From Paraspadella gotoi (lineage: Eukaryota; Animalia; Chaetognatha): 64,000 bases of DNA. The stretch's first letter is position 1. Every line of letters starts with the position of its first letter. Shown here piece by piece: positions 30,982-59,027 of the stretch. Under the pieces are notes generated by a model. It had not been told where the DNA came from and searched no databases. It saw only the letters and a program-made list of their open reading frames with translations. Both the position numbers and the translations under genes were made by a program. Location: assembly GCA_051294375.1 (NCBI GenBank), contig CM119269.1, positions 16,637,818-16,701,817 on the forward strand, read 5' to 3'.

Positions 30982-31548
30982 TACTATCGAGGAAAAAAGT
31001 ATATCACATTATTCATTTATTTAATAAAAAATATACAAAACATGGGTAAATTATTCTTAATATTTGGTATACCCTTCCTTGGCATCGACTACTGCCTGCA
31101 TTTGTCTAGGCATGCTTTTATACAGCAAATTGAGATATGACAGTGAAATATTTTTCTATGTATTTAACGCAATTATTTTCAGCCCCGATGTAGATGTTGC
31201 ACATATTTCTGAGAGCTATAATAACACCTTTTTAAACAAAAAAAAGGCAAGCTTTTAGTATTACTAAATAAAAAAAAAATAACTAACTCTATTCAAAATA
31301 AAAACAAATTACTAATTACCAAAAATGGTAAAAAATTAAATATGATTTTTTTCGCTATTTTTATTTGAAGTAACAATATTTTTTTTGCCTGTAACTTCTA
31401 AACGATTTGACCTATAAAAAAATAAAAGGAAGCTACTGAAAAGAAATTCAATGTAGATTTAAAAACATTCTGATTTTTTTTAAATCACTTAAGTTTTCAA
31501 GTACATATCCTTTATTAAAAATGTGATATACTTTTTTCCTAGATAGTA
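30982..31548 (-). mobile_element. Non-autonomous Tc1/mariner deletion derivative
   Basis: TA-flanked 27-bp TIRs CTATC(G/T)AGGAAAAAAGTATATCACATT at both ends. Internal minus-strand remnant 31116-31057 reads SMPRQMQAVVDAKEGYTKY*, the typical Tc1 transposase C-terminus. Confidence 0.85.
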
Positions 31549-32461
31549 TATAGTAGAAATGGAAGGAGAAAAGATAGGGTTAGAGGAGAGAGATGATGAG
31601 GACGCCAAAGATAAAGCCTCTCAGAAGAAAGAGGAGAAAGTAAGGAGAGAAGAAAGAAATTAAGAAAAAAAAAGAGGGGAAAGGAAAAAGAAGAAGACGC
31701 AGCGGCGACCCTGAGTTTAAGGTTTTTGAAGACAAAGATGAAAAGGGGAAGAGTTAAAAAGCGTTGAGACGCCTGGAAAAAAGAGTCCCGCCAGGAAAGA
31801 TGACTGTCAAGATATTAAGATTACGAAAAATAGTATATTATATTTGGTGATAATATTCATTTTGGGGGAAAAAAGTGACATAGCCTTCGGGTGGTCAAAG
31901 TCAGACGAGACCTTGTCTCACAATCGAACGATTTAAAAGTAAAGCCTACTTATTCTCACTGGACCCAGTGGTTAGGAAAAAAAGTTTCATTTTTAACGCT
32001 TATGGACGACCGAACCACTGATTCGGGGCTTGGAGCGGATGTGACTTATGGCTCCATATAATCACGTGACTTTGCCGCCGGCGCCGCCCCCTCCGCCTCC
32101 CACTCCGCCGCCCCCTCCGCCGCCGCAGCAGGGGATTCGTTATTTATACTCAACTAATCCTTCATCAGTTTCGTCGTTAGCGCCGTCGCCTCCTTCTCGT
32201 ATTCATGTCATCCATTTCGTGATCATGTCGTCCCTAGGTCATCGTTATTTGCATATCTAACAAAATGACAAACGCCAACTTGAGACGAATGATCAAGATG
32301 GAAAGTCTCTTTGCTGACGCGTGAATGACAACAACAACGACAACAAGGAGAACAACAAAAGCCAAAACTGTTTGCTCAGAGCCGTCAAAATCGAAATTAT
32401 AATCTCCTTTGCTTTGGCTTCCCACTCGACAGAGAAAGAGCAGGAGAGCGAGAAAACGGGG

Positions 32462-32547
<86 letters not shown>

Positions 32548-33663
32548 TCTTTTTTTATCTTTTCCTCCGTCGTCGCTCGTTGTCAACCGTAAATTGAAAA
32601 AAAAAATTCAAAAAAGATCACAAAGTTCGTGTTTACAAAGTCGAAATCTCTCTCTCTCTCCCTCTTTCTCTCGTCTCTCACTCTATTCGTTCTCTGTCTT
32701 TCTTTCACATTTTCCTAGTCAGTTTTTTTTTTCTTCTTATAACCTATTTCCTCTCCGTCTCATTTAGGCCATATTCCTCGTTTTCTTCCTTTTATCGTTT
32801 TCTTTTTTTTTCTATTTCCTTTTCTCCGCTTCCAACGTTCTTCGCAGATTCTTACCTTACTTTTTCATCCCTCGCTAACCCCCCCCCAATCTTCTAATCC
32901 TCTCAGTAATGCTTTTGTTAAATCATTATCTCTCTGACTTCCTCTCTCTTCTCCTTTTACGTCGAACTCTCTCTCTAACTCCTTTCGCTCTCCACCTCCC
33001 TCTCTCTCTCTCCTCATTCCTCTCTCTCTCCAACCACCTCTCCACCTTCTAACCCTTCTCCCTCCCCAACTCCCTTTTCAGTTTCCACCTCCTTCTCCCT
33101 CTCTCCCTCTCTCCCTCCCTCTTCCTCCCACCCCAACATCACTCTCTCTCTCTCTCCCTCTGGGTCAGGGAGTCACGCCGCCGCGAGGAATCTCGTCCGA
33201 TGCCATTTTCGTCGCGACCAAATTCGTAATTGGAAATCAGTTTATCATTTCCGTTTTCCTCTGCAGATTTCTAAGTCACTAAATCACTTTGTGGTTTTGC
33301 GTGGAAGGATCATTTGATTTTGCATGATAAAAAAAATATAGTGCGTATTACATCGTTATTTCCTTTCGTTTCGTGCGTATTACGTAGAGAAAAAGCTTCA
33401 AAGCGCCTTTTTTGATTCATAAAGAAAATTAGATTCATAATATTTCTTAAATTTATCAGATTACCCAGGTCCTAACTCCTAAGGCGAAAACAAATGTGTC
33501 CATTTTTCAAAACCAATAATTTCCACTAGGCCAAAAAAAAAAATCGAGAATCTTTAAGAATGACACTGGCTGAGTTGCGATGAGAGGCTGCAATCCTGGG
33601 CTGCAATGCGAATCGCGAGTGTTCCCTTAAAACCCTCCCCGTAATAACTCGATCAATCAATCA

Positions 33664-33763
<100 letters not shown>

Positions 33764-33972
33764 ATCTCCTCTTTCCGCGTGTAGACATAAACAAACTGCG
33801 GACTCCTTCTCAGAAGGATCTCGTTTTCTGTTCGAAGGCTCAACACTTTTTCGAGAAAATTTAATCTTTCGAGGCTTAGGAGAGAAATTGAAAGGAGGAA
33901 AAACAGGGTTCATCGTCCCGAGGAGTAGAGGGGCGGGCATGCAAGATAAAAAAAATGATGGAACTCTTGGGC

Positions 33973-34083
<111 letters not shown>

Positions 34084-34545
34084 GGGGAAAATGAGAAAGA
34101 GAAAAAGAAAACAAAAACCAAGCCCATCTAGAAATTCCAAAGAGATTATTCGTTTCCAATTTTTCAAAATCCCCTCGACCAATTAATTCTATTAACGATA
34201 AATAAAAACCTTAATAAAACTTCTCGACCTCAGACGAGTTTCCCGGGTTTTTTGACGCGTCACGCGTTTTTTCGAAACGAACGGCGCCAATTTAGATCGC
34301 GCGACGCCGATGACGACGACGAGGACGACGACAACGACGCGCCATTTCTTATCGCTTCGTTCGCGCATCGTCGTCGTCGTCGTCGTGATCCTCGGCCGTT
34401 CCGGACTCATTCGTCATTTCCGTGGAGTTTTTTGTAAATAATTATCGCAGTAAAACAAAGTCAAACATCTAAAATAAACAATACAAAACAAAAGTTATGA
34501 CGTGAGTTTGACTTAGGAAAATTTTATCTTAACGGAAAATATATA

Positions 34546-34665
34546 CCGATCGGCGTGACGGCACCTGCTGTTGAAGTGCCAATCAACGTGACGGCTCCTG
34601 CTGTTGGAGTTCCGATCGGCGTGACGGCACCTGCTGTTGACGTGTCGTTTCACGTGTCAGCACCA
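34546..34665. repeat. 33-bp minisatellite, about 3.5 copies
   Basis: Unit CCGATCGGCGTGACGGCACCTGCTGTTGAAGTG with a few substitutions. Confidence 0.9.
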
Positions 34666-34921
34666 TTTTCAACCGTTGCTATTTTTTTTTTGGACGAATT
34701 GATCTTAACCAACAGTTTTTTATGTTTTATTTTAATTCAAATTTTTTTTTCAAATACAAGATTATATACAAAATGATTCTGTGTTTGACTAACCAACTAG
34801 CATCCTTGGTAATAGTGTCCGAATTAATTTTTTTAGAAAAAAATTTGAGTGAAAATGAAAATTGGATTTGACTAAGAGAGCTGGGAGAAAATAGACAATG
34901 GAAATATGTTCAAAAAGAAAA

Positions 34922-34968
<47 letters not shown>

Positions 34969-35809
34969 GAAAAATCGATGCGAGTCTATCGAAAAACTGT
35001 GGGAAAAGAAGCAGAGAAAGTAACACCATTCAAAATCTATACATCAATATTTTTAGAAAAAAAAAAGGGATGTAAGCTTTATAATAATGACATAGTCATA
35101 GGATAGAATAATAACTGTAAGGGTAAAAGCATTATAAGCTACCATGATGGAAAAAAAAATTGTCGCGGTTACTTTCCAGCTATTTATTAATGTAAGAATC
35201 GAAACATAAAATTTAGATATAAAGAAACTTTGTCCTCTTGTGATTCATATGAGCTGTGTCTCATATATGTGCAACAAAAAATACAAGAGTTCCACGCAAA
35301 AGAAAATGCAACGTTGTCCACAAAAAATAAGAACTTCCATCAATATTATTAAATAAATTCCTAAAATTCCCTGACATATCAATATCATATTTCAAGATAA
35401 ACTAATTATTCAATTTCGGTACTTTCATCATTTCATTAACACATAATTTGAAAGTTTAAATCGTTACTATTAAAAATCTCTGCCTTTCCTCAATCTCATG
35501 TCAAATGGTTATTGCATCATCTTAATTAGGATAGTTTCAGGTATGAATCTTAATTCATTGATGCTGTAGATACTCCAGAATTATCATTTTTATTTACTTA
35601 TGGATATATATATTGGATATATTATCAGAACGAAGTATCAAACAAGTCCAAAAAAAAAGAAAAATCAAAGATTTAGTTGAAGGGAAAGACAATGCATCAT
35701 CAAATTATGCAGCAACAATTCAAGCCTGGTTTACTTTATATGGGATCAAACCATTTTTTGCCCAAAATCTGATAAAAATTATTATATCAAAGATATAATA
35801 TTATTAATA

Positions 35810-35896
35810 TAAAACAAAGTTTTGAAGAGAGATTTAACAACGATTTTTATTTCATAAAATCGTTGTAGTTAAATCTCTCTTCAAAACTTTGTTTTA
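35810..35896. repeat. Near-perfect ~40-bp-arm hairpin/palindrome
   Basis: TAAAACAAAGTTTTGAAGAGAGATTTAAC-AACGATTTT is followed after a short loop by its reverse complement, with a 3-nt bulge. Confidence 0.85.
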
Positions 35897-36278
35897 AACC
35901 AAATCACAACGAAACAGAAAGGAAAAAACATAATATTAATAATAATAATAGTAGTCCTCTTGATCAAAAAGAGGTGAAAACATTTGGAGACAACCTTTTT
36001 TGGCAGTAATAGTATGCAATAAATAATTTTATGCTGTTAAGAAATAATATTTTTATTCAGTCCTAGGGAGGACATATTACATAATAAAACCTATTTAATA
36101 GCAAAAAAATATATTTGGCAATGAAATTAACCGACTTTTCCAAACCGCGAGAATTTTTTTTACATCATGGTATATCGAAAAGTCACTCGAGCGGATTCTT
36201 TATTAAAATTTCCGCTTTCATTGTTTCGCGATTCTTTGTTATGGAAGAGAAACTTTGATGTCTTTCTTTGTTTTTGAC

Positions 36279-36394
<116 letters not shown>

Positions 36395-36659
36395 TCTTTT
36401 CGCAGATATAACGACGACAAGTGGCATCGAAAAATCTTCACTTCGCTCTCAACCGAAGACGATATTTTCGTCCCGTGAGTAACTCATTTTCATTTTTTCT
36501 CGTCTGATAGCAATTCAATTGACTCAATTATTCTGAGTCGGCAGTTGGTAAATAATTAAAACGAGGACGGGATCATCGAATTCTAAATTTCGTTTCTTCC
36601 TCTCATAATTCAAGTGGCTGTTGCTGGCATTGCCGACTTAAAAATGTCTATTCTGCCCT

Positions 36660-36805
36660 TGTGACCGATGGCCGCGTTGCTTAAGGCCATCAGCTCATGA
36701 CTACGAGGTATCGGCTTTAATCCCATGCTCGTCCAACCCTTCGGGAAGCGGGAGGACGGCCGTAAACCGCCTTGTGGGCGTGGAGCACTTCCAAGCCCAA
36801 GACCT
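36660..36805 (+). mobile_element. tRNA-derived SINE-like fragment; related remnant at about 54230-54345
   Basis: tRNA-like head (GATGGCCGCGTTGCTTAAGGC...GGCTTTAATCCC), then GGCCGTAAACCGCCTTG...GTGGA...CAAGCCCA. A similar GGCTGTAAAACTCCTTGG...GTGGA...CAAGCCCA occurs at 54.3 kb. Confidence 0.45.
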
Positions 36806-38839
36806 TTTACTCTTCTAGGCTTGTCTTTTTTCGTTCTTAAATACCCTTCTCAAAATAATTGAATAATTTTACTATAGCCTTTTCAAAATTCGAAATGTTA
36901 GTTTTCGGTGTGAGTTTTTATCTGGATAATTGATAATGCTTTTCTATTTTCGAAAGAAATATTGATATCGTTATATTTTTATTGCTCTTCTTTCTTTCCC
37001 CTCCGCAATTGAAATTGTATCAAATTTTCGTTACCGTTTTTCATTTTTAGTTGCGCCGCGAGTACTCGCGGAGCAACTCTATATTATATATATTATATAA
37101 GTCTATAAGTCACTTTTCGGTCGGTCTGTCTATCTGTCGGTCGTTCCACGTACATAATTTGCCTATAGTTAGTTGCTCATTTGTTTGGAGAGAAAAACTA
37201 AAGAATAAAGAATAAAAGACGGAATTCCGATGCACTGCGTGTCATAAATACACTGGCTAAGAAGGTTATTGTAGTCATGTAGTCATGTCATGTCGCGTCA
37301 AGTCATGTCGTCTCACGAGAAATATACGTGAAAATAAAGTCACTGCGGCACAACGCATTGGATGAACCGATCATGTTTTTATTTATTTTTTTTTGTCGCG
37401 AGAGGTTTTTATTTGGGTTGCTTACTGCTTAGTTTTAGATCCTAACTTGATTGGTACAAATTTGAGACTCGTCACTATTTATTTTAATTATCGATCCAGC
37501 CAAATTTGGTGAAAAATGACAACATCGGAAAAAGAAAAGTTTGAAAAAAAAAATTTTAATGGATACAAAGTTAACAAAATCTTGTTACTCTCTTTTTCAA
37601 AGTACAGAAATTTTATGTTCACTAAAAACTAAAAATTGATACATAAACTCTTCTAAGGAATGATAGCAGGAAACATAGTCTTTTCCGCCAAACGACGCGT
37701 GTAATGCGTTGCCGAATGTTTTCGATTTGGCGAGAGACATATGTTTGGCGATGTCACGGCCGATCGACCATGACGTCAGCTCGATGAATAGAAGATATAA
37801 ACTCCGAACGGAATTATTTGGTTTGTTTTTGTTTTGTTTTTTTTTGTTTTTTTTTTCTTCTTTTGCGACCGCGCCTACTGTTTCTTTGTTTTAATAAGAT
37901 GTTACACCTTTTAGTCAGACAATTTTTTAAAAATAAATAAATGAATTTTAATTTTAATTAATTAGAGTTCCTTTACGTTTTAAAATATTGACTGAATTCT
38001 GACGATTTTGTATATAAATGTATATAATAACTATATCCAAAAAATGTCATAATTCGTACGTACCTATTATTAATCATCAGTGTGCGATTTAACGGCGGTG
38101 CCGACGCCGCTTCGCGGGTCGCCCACGCCGTTCCGGCGCCTGGCTGACGGCGCCGTCTCGGACGACGAACCACGTTTTTTATGAGCGCGAATGAAAGGGA
38201 TTTGTCGCGTTGATGGAATTTTGGGGGAGAAAAGGAGTAGGGGACTGGGAGAAGGGGGGGTTAGGGTGATGGGTTAAGACTATTTTTAAAATATTTAGTG
38301 AATGAATAAGAAATGAAGTTGGTCGCTGGTGAAAATGTCACTTTTTTTTCACGTTAGAGTAAATTAAATAGTTGTTTGCGTAGTAAAGAATTTCAGATAA
38401 ATTAAAGGAAAAAAGTTATCTTTCGAATTTTCATTGTTTAAGGCGGTGGGCGACAATATGTTATATTTTTAGTTGATAGTAGATGTTAAAGGGATCATGC
38501 GGAAGTGTATATATCTACGATAAGTAGTTTCACAGTGAAACCAATCCACGACAAGGTGAGGGTGAAAAGAGAGTGATCCGTGCCTCGGCGTCTTTAACGA
38601 CGTCGTAAACAAGATTATGCAAATAATCGAAAGCTTAACTGGTCCTCGCGTCGTAAAGCGGCCTCTGCATCGATCTACATCAATAGCTGCTTTATCAACT
38701 GGCTGCTTTATTGGGTGACATTCGCCCGATGCTTTTTTTTTATTCTCTTCGCTTTGCTGCTTCGTTCGCCCGGATTTTCTAATCGAAATTTTCTTTTCAA
38801 AATAACAAAAACTTTTTTTTTTTATCTTCAAGAGAACCC

Positions 38840-48830
<9,991 letters not shown>

Positions 48831-49834
48831 AGAAGATGACGAAGGAGATGACGAAGGATACACGATGACAAAAGTGATGTCAAGGACATAAAATCCGAAG
48901 ATAGAAATGTTGAGAAGAGAGAAAGCGAGAGAGAAGAGAGAAAGAGAGAGAGAAGAGAGAAGAGAGAGAAGAGAGAAAGACCGGTCAGAGGAAAGGATAA
49001 AAGGAAACATGACTAAAAAGATGACAAATGAGACGACAGATTGACTTTTAAAACCGACACGTGACTACAATAAGGTTAAAGAGAACAACTGAATTAATGA
49101 CGGATGAAAAAGGAAAAAAAATACTCAGTGAAAAAAGTCAAAACGAATTTAGTGACAGTCACAGTTTTCAATTCTCTTTGAAATAAAATAAAAATTAAAA
49201 ACGACCTTTCAAAGAGGAGAAACAAAAACAAAAACAAAAAACAAAAAACAAAAAACAAAAAACAAAAAACAAAAAACAAAAAACAAAAAACAAAAAACAA
49301 AAAACAAAAAGAAAAACAAAGACGAACCAAGAGTCGAACGTCACAAAATATTAAGGAATTTTCGATAACTCAAGAGACATTTTAGACAAGGGGAAAGACG
49401 ATTTTAGAATTTCGAAACAAAATTATATTACGTGAAAAAAGAACTATGTAGTAAGGGAGGCTTTGAGTAAAATATTTTCGTGGCGTCGAGTCTCAAAATC
49501 CTTCTTAGAAATCAGCATAAATTTTGAATTAAAAAAAATAATTGAAGAAAATAAACTTTTTTTTAAAAAAAAGCGATATTTCGTAATTCACGTAAGAAAC
49601 CCGAAAAAGGAGCGTATCTCCTTTTTTGGATTAAGTTTTCAATTCTAAAAAAAAAAAAAAAATTGAAAGGGTTGAAATTAAAAAAAAAAATTACGTTTCA
49701 TTTTTCTATAAGTTCCATAAAAAAAGATAAAAAGCATCGAAAAGGTTTCAGTTACGGATTAAAATGTTAAGAAATGAGCGGAAATGAAAAAAAAAAGAAG
49801 ATGAAAGGCGAGAATTAAATTCGCGACATTCGAA

Positions 49835-50156
49835 GAAAATGGAACATTTTCCGGCTTTATTTTCCCAGAATGCCCCATTTTATTATAAATGCGGAATTAG
49901 GTTAATTTTTTTAATTAAAGATTAAGTTAAAGGTTAGTATTAAGGATTGGGTAGAGGATTAGGTTAGTGATTAAGGCTAGGGACTTGGTTCGTGATTAGG
50001 GTTAGCGATTTGGGTTAGGGATTAGTGTTTAAAGTTAAAGGTTAGAGATCAGTTTATTAGTTTTAAATATATCTAAGTTAAATTTTAAGGTTAAAATTAA
50101 ATTCTGGGATAAACGAACAGAAATGTGGCACTTCCGGAAAAAAAGAGTTCATTTTC
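49835..50156. mobile_element. MITE-like element with internal degenerate TTAGG(G) repeats; related copy at about 61195-61455
   Basis: Imperfect terminal inverted repeats (GAAAATGGAAC..TTTTCCGG and CCGGAAAA..GTTCATTTTC). Shares CGGCTTTATTTT, GGTTAGTGATT and GAACAGAAAT with the 61.2-kb copy. Confidence 0.5.
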
Positions 50157-52053
50157 CGATAAGAAGAAAAAATCATTCGATTGAAATTTGATATGAGAAA
50201 AATGAGGGGAACAGAGGAGCAAAATGAAAGTTAAATTAAAGTCAAGCTGCAAAAAGTGAAATAAAAAGATCATTTAATAACCGTTAAACTATTATTTTAT
50301 TCGACAAAAAAAAAATTGAGATATTTTACTTTCTTCTTTTTTATCGTAATCTAATTCATACAGGGAGACATAAACGAAAAACCAAAGTACATTTGTTTTC
50401 GGATTTTATTCGTTTTATAAAAACCTTTGTTATCCTGCTTTTTTCAACTGCTTTGTATGATGAGCTTTTGTGACGAATATGTCGTTCTAGTCGTTGTGAA
50501 CTTTTTTTTATTTCATTTTCTTTTTAATTTTTTTTCCCATTAAATTGAATAATGGCGATTTAAAACCTAACTTACCACAATCAATGGTGCTTACTTTTAC
50601 ATCTTATTCGTACAGAAACAGTTTTGTTAAAACGATTATTCGTAAAAAGTGAATAAAAATCGTGCGCGTGTGACTGTCCATTTGTCGTAACCTCTACAAT
50701 CACATGAGATGAACCAAAAAATTAAAATAAAATAAATAAATAAATTCCCCCATTTCCAAAAAAATTTGGAAATCAGATGTGAAACATTTGTTCTCTTTAA
50801 TTCCTGTTACAACATGTTGTACGCAACCATGACACCAAAACTTTCTCATTTTTGTAATTTATTATTTTTTTTTATTACTTTCCTATCGTTTTAATTGTTC
50901 TGCTGATTACTCTGAAAAAAGTTAACCTTATGTTTGCTTTGTTTAACTAATTATGTGAAATGAAACCTTAAGTCGATCTTGTTTCATTTGTCCAAATTTT
51001 GGCCAATGTTGTTTTTCAATATAAAAGTTTATGGAGCAAAACTACAAGTTGAAAGATTAGTTTAATTAACGAAAAAAATTGATAAAGAAAAACCACCTAA
51101 TCCTAAAAGCCAAAGAGCTTTAGTAAAATTAAATAAGTTTTTATTTTTTAATTTTTTTTTTCATCATTCTTAATTATTACGTACTATACTGTTTTTGAAT
51201 TTTCAACGCTCCTTTTCTGATAGCCGTTTTAAACTTTTAGCCATTTTAAATTAAAGCAAAAAATTGTTTTGGCTTCTAGACTGAAAGCAGACTTTATTTC
51301 GATTCATATATACTAAAATCACAATATGAGATGGCAAGATTTAGAAGAAAAATGGCACAAGTAGTAAGTTCTTCATTATCAGCATTGAATGACGTCACTT
51401 CGTGTTTTTTAGACGCGATTCCAACGCCGCGCTCGAAGCGTCGTCAACGTATTTGCTTTGTGGAGCGATGCGACGCTAACGGAAACGACGCCGCGTTGAG
51501 AGACGACGTGTTTGGCGCGGCGCCGACGTTGACGAATGTCGAGTCTTTGTCGCGCGAATAAATCGCGTCTCGTCCGTCCGTCTGTCTGTCCCTTCCTCCG
51601 TCTCCGCTGTCCGGACGTCTGCGAATAAAATTGCGATCCCTTTCAGTCAAATCATTTTATATTGGTTGTGGCAATTTCATAAGCGTAAAACCGTCGAGGG
51701 CGGGATGACCCGTTTCTTTTCATAAGCTAACATCCTCTACTTAATTAGAACTGGACATTGGACAATAAAAAAAATATAACAATATAACATTTTCTCTTCG
51801 GTGTATTTAGTGAAAAAAATGAAAAGGGTTTTGGGGGAACGGGAGGGCGACCCTCGTGCTTGGTCCGGGGAACGAGTAAGATTGAAGCGAAGCGAAGGGT
51901 CCAAAGATCACAGTACAAATTTCACTTCACAAAAAAAAAAAAGGCCTAGAATTCTAACTCGCGCGCCGTCCTCATTTATTAAAACGGAAAAATGAAGAAG
52001 CAGCTGTTACGAGAGGGAATGTCCTCACCACTCTATCAGAACTTGTCATTTTA

Positions 52054-55700
<3,647 letters not shown>

Positions 55701-57157
55701 GGTCGTCGTTGTCGTCGTCACTTTAAAGTCTTTTTTTTTTTTAAACGTTAAATTTGAGATGAGTTTTTAATTTTGCTCATCATTCTCACGACGTCAGTGA
55801 GTCAAGTCAAGTCCGTCGTAGAATTTTGGAATTTTGTAAATTTTATTTGTCTCGTCTTCACTTCTCAGCGGTGGAATATATTTATAATTTTCGCGCGTTT
55901 ATAAAATAAAGTGAATAGAGCGATTTGGCTTAACTTGGCAATCGTTCGGCTGAAATCCTTAGGACGATGAGGTCTAAGCGGCTGTCACTCTCCGACCGAG
56001 CGTTTCTTTCTCAAAGACAAGTTTCCGATTCACTGAGGCGATACTTAGATCTTTCACGTGATGTCAATCCGCGAAGATAAGTTGTAATTGTAATCAAAGA
56101 CAAAGTGAGACAGAGACCGAGCGATCATTCGTGAACGCGAGCATCACGGTAACACGGAAATAAAAAGTTTAAAAATTCACGCGTAAACAAAACGACATCG
56201 AAAATTGAGTTTTTTCTTCTTCGGATCGACGATCGAAGAAGATTCACGGATAGTCGAGGGGGAAGGGGGAGGAGGAAGAGGAAGAGGAAGAGGAAGAAGA
56301 ATTTGAAAAAGTCCAGGGGGAAGGGGGAGGAGGAAGAGGAAGAGGCATTAAAAAAAAGCGTGAAAGTTAAGACGAAAAGGACGAGGAAAAGTTGAGGAGG
56401 AGAAATGAGGAGAAGAAGAGGAAATGATTTATATTTATAGAATAACTCTAACTGTACTACTACTGTACTGTACTACAACTGTACTACTGTAAAACTGTAT
56501 ATATAGTCTTATAGCACTGCTGTAATACTTCAATGTATTTTATGACGGAAAATATTGCATTGAATAAGAAAGAAATGAAGAAGAAGAAGAAAGAGAAGAA
56601 GAAGAAGAAGAAGAAGAAAGAGAAGAAAAGGAGGAAGACGAAGACTCTGCGACTTTATGTAGGGGGGAGTAGGGGGGTAAGGGGTTTAAATGGTGGGGGT
56701 AGAATCGGCAGGGGGGGGGGAGATACTAGAGGAAACGAATCAACCGGAAAAGAAGGATATGGAAAGAAAAAAAAAACTTTTAGCGAAGCTGTAAAATGGG
56801 AAATGAAGAAAAAAGTTCTATCTGCTGAGGAAACTGGAAAATCTAAAGAAAAAATAAGTTGTTTAGAAGACGTGATGTGTTGAAAGTTTGTGGTGATTCT
56901 TATTAACAAAAACTAACTTGGCTTAGTAGTTAAGAGTATCATCTAGTTTGATAAAGGTACGTACGTATATTTTTTTTTATTTATATCGATCTATCATGCA
57001 TTTTTCATACAGAATTTTTAAAAAAAAGTGAAAACTTTAAAAAGAAAAACAGAAAAAGAAAGATTGAAGTGGAAAGACAGAGGGAGGCAACGGGAGAGAG
57101 AGAAACTGCTCTCCCTCTGCCCCTGAGGAAAAAGAGGGTGGAGCAAGGGGTGAAGGG

Positions 57158-57210
<53 letters not shown>

Positions 57211-57878
57211 AATAAACTCCCCCTCTCTCTCCAACCCCGAGGCTGACGGAAAGCAATCGCTGAGGGGGGCCTGAAATCAAGACGATAGGAATTGAAAGAT
57301 GTTTTCATTGGACGATGAAGATGAGGATGAAGACGAGAAGAACGACGACGACGACGACGACGATTGGGGGGGGGAGAAGGGGCGATGTTGTTGATGAATG
57401 AATTAATGGGGACTCAGAAAAATACGACAAATAGGGCAGGAGGGTTTACGGTTTATTTAATCTGATTTACAGGGGATGCACGTACGCTTATGTATAAGTT
57501 TATTTGTGATTCTAAAAAAAAAATTGAAAACTCTATTATTTTAGGGATTTTGAAGATTAGTTCTTGGAATGTATTAGACAGTTTAATGTCATTTTAATCG
57601 GTATTTGATGAGAAGGGTAAAACAAATAGATAAATCATATTCTGTGGTCTAAATACTGATTTAACACCCCCAAAGTCATTGGACACGCTCTTTCCTTTTA
57701 AAACCCAGGGTGAGGTTCGGGTAAGTTTCGGGTGCAAATAGAGATTTCCCTTGAGAAAGGAGGAAGAAAATGCGAGCGAGAAGATGGCGGAAACAGAGTC
57801 AACTGGTCACTGGAAGGACAACTCATGGAATAAGATGGTTGCGCACGCGCAATTAGTAAAATAATTAAGCAAAAGAAA

Positions 57879-57995
<117 letters not shown>

Positions 57996-58915
57996 AGAGA
58001 GAGAGAGAAATAAAATCTCGAAATCCGGCTTTTTTTTCACAGTTAGCATCTTTCAATTTATCGAATGTTCGAATCTTCTCTGAAAATAAATCTTCGAAAC
58101 GAGAAATCAAAAAACTTTGGCTCTCCTCGATTCTTAAAAGAAAAAAAAACTTTTTTCTTTTTTCATTTTCTTCTTTTTTTTTCGTGTCTGTGTATAAACC
58201 GACGATGAAATTTTCACTCCTTCCCCCCCTTACTTTTTCACACCTCCCTCTTTTTCCTTATATTAGACGCTTTTTAATTTAACCCGGGCGACCAATGGTA
58301 AGCCAAAACCGAAAACCGCCCACCAATGGGATGGTCGCTTGGGTTTTTTGACGAAGTCAGCGATGAGAAGTCTTGATTACGTCCACCAATAGCGATCGAG
58401 CATAAATCGCCGCCGACCAATGATAAACGTAGGATTGCCGATCCCCCCCTCTTCCTCCTAATTTTCCGAGACCCCCCTTTCGCCGCCCCAGAAGCGGGGG
58501 CCGCCGATCTCGAACCTTCGTACCCCTGGGGGCAAAAAAGCGCGGAGAGAGTCAAAGGGGCAAATCATAAGCAAAAACTCGAGGGCCCCTTGGGGGTAAA
58601 GGGGCACGGGAAGAACTTGGGGTGTGAAAGGAAAGTCTGCGGGGCGCGGGGGTCTCCGTGTCTAGTTTATTACCACAAACTAACTAAGGGTCTTGGGTTT
58701 AATTAAGTGTGAAGGGAACAGTGTCATCGAGTGTGTGGTAGACCTGTGGATAAGGCGGGGTCAAAGGGCGAATGTGGTATGGCGCATGTAAACTCTTGGG
58801 CGGGAGAATTTCAGCAGATTTGACGAGATAAGTAATTCAAATTGTAAATTATTTCGCGATGGAATTTTTTAACTTAGTTACTTTCATTAAAAATGAGATT
58901 TGTGAGCGTTGGGGG

Positions 58916-59027
<112 letters not shown>

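Noticed and set aside
32048-32260. Proline-rich ORF MAPYNHVTLPPAPPPPPP
   Set aside because: Short, driven by a CCG-rich tract, with no convincing splice partners or homology.
33170-33210. Minus-strand AAAATGGC start (MASDEIPRGGVTP)
   Set aside because: Stops after 13 codons with no good donor; at most a regulatory motif.
34546-34665. CRISPR-like appearance of 33-bp repeats
   Set aside because: Units are contiguous with no unique spacers, the context is eukaryotic and there are no cas genes.
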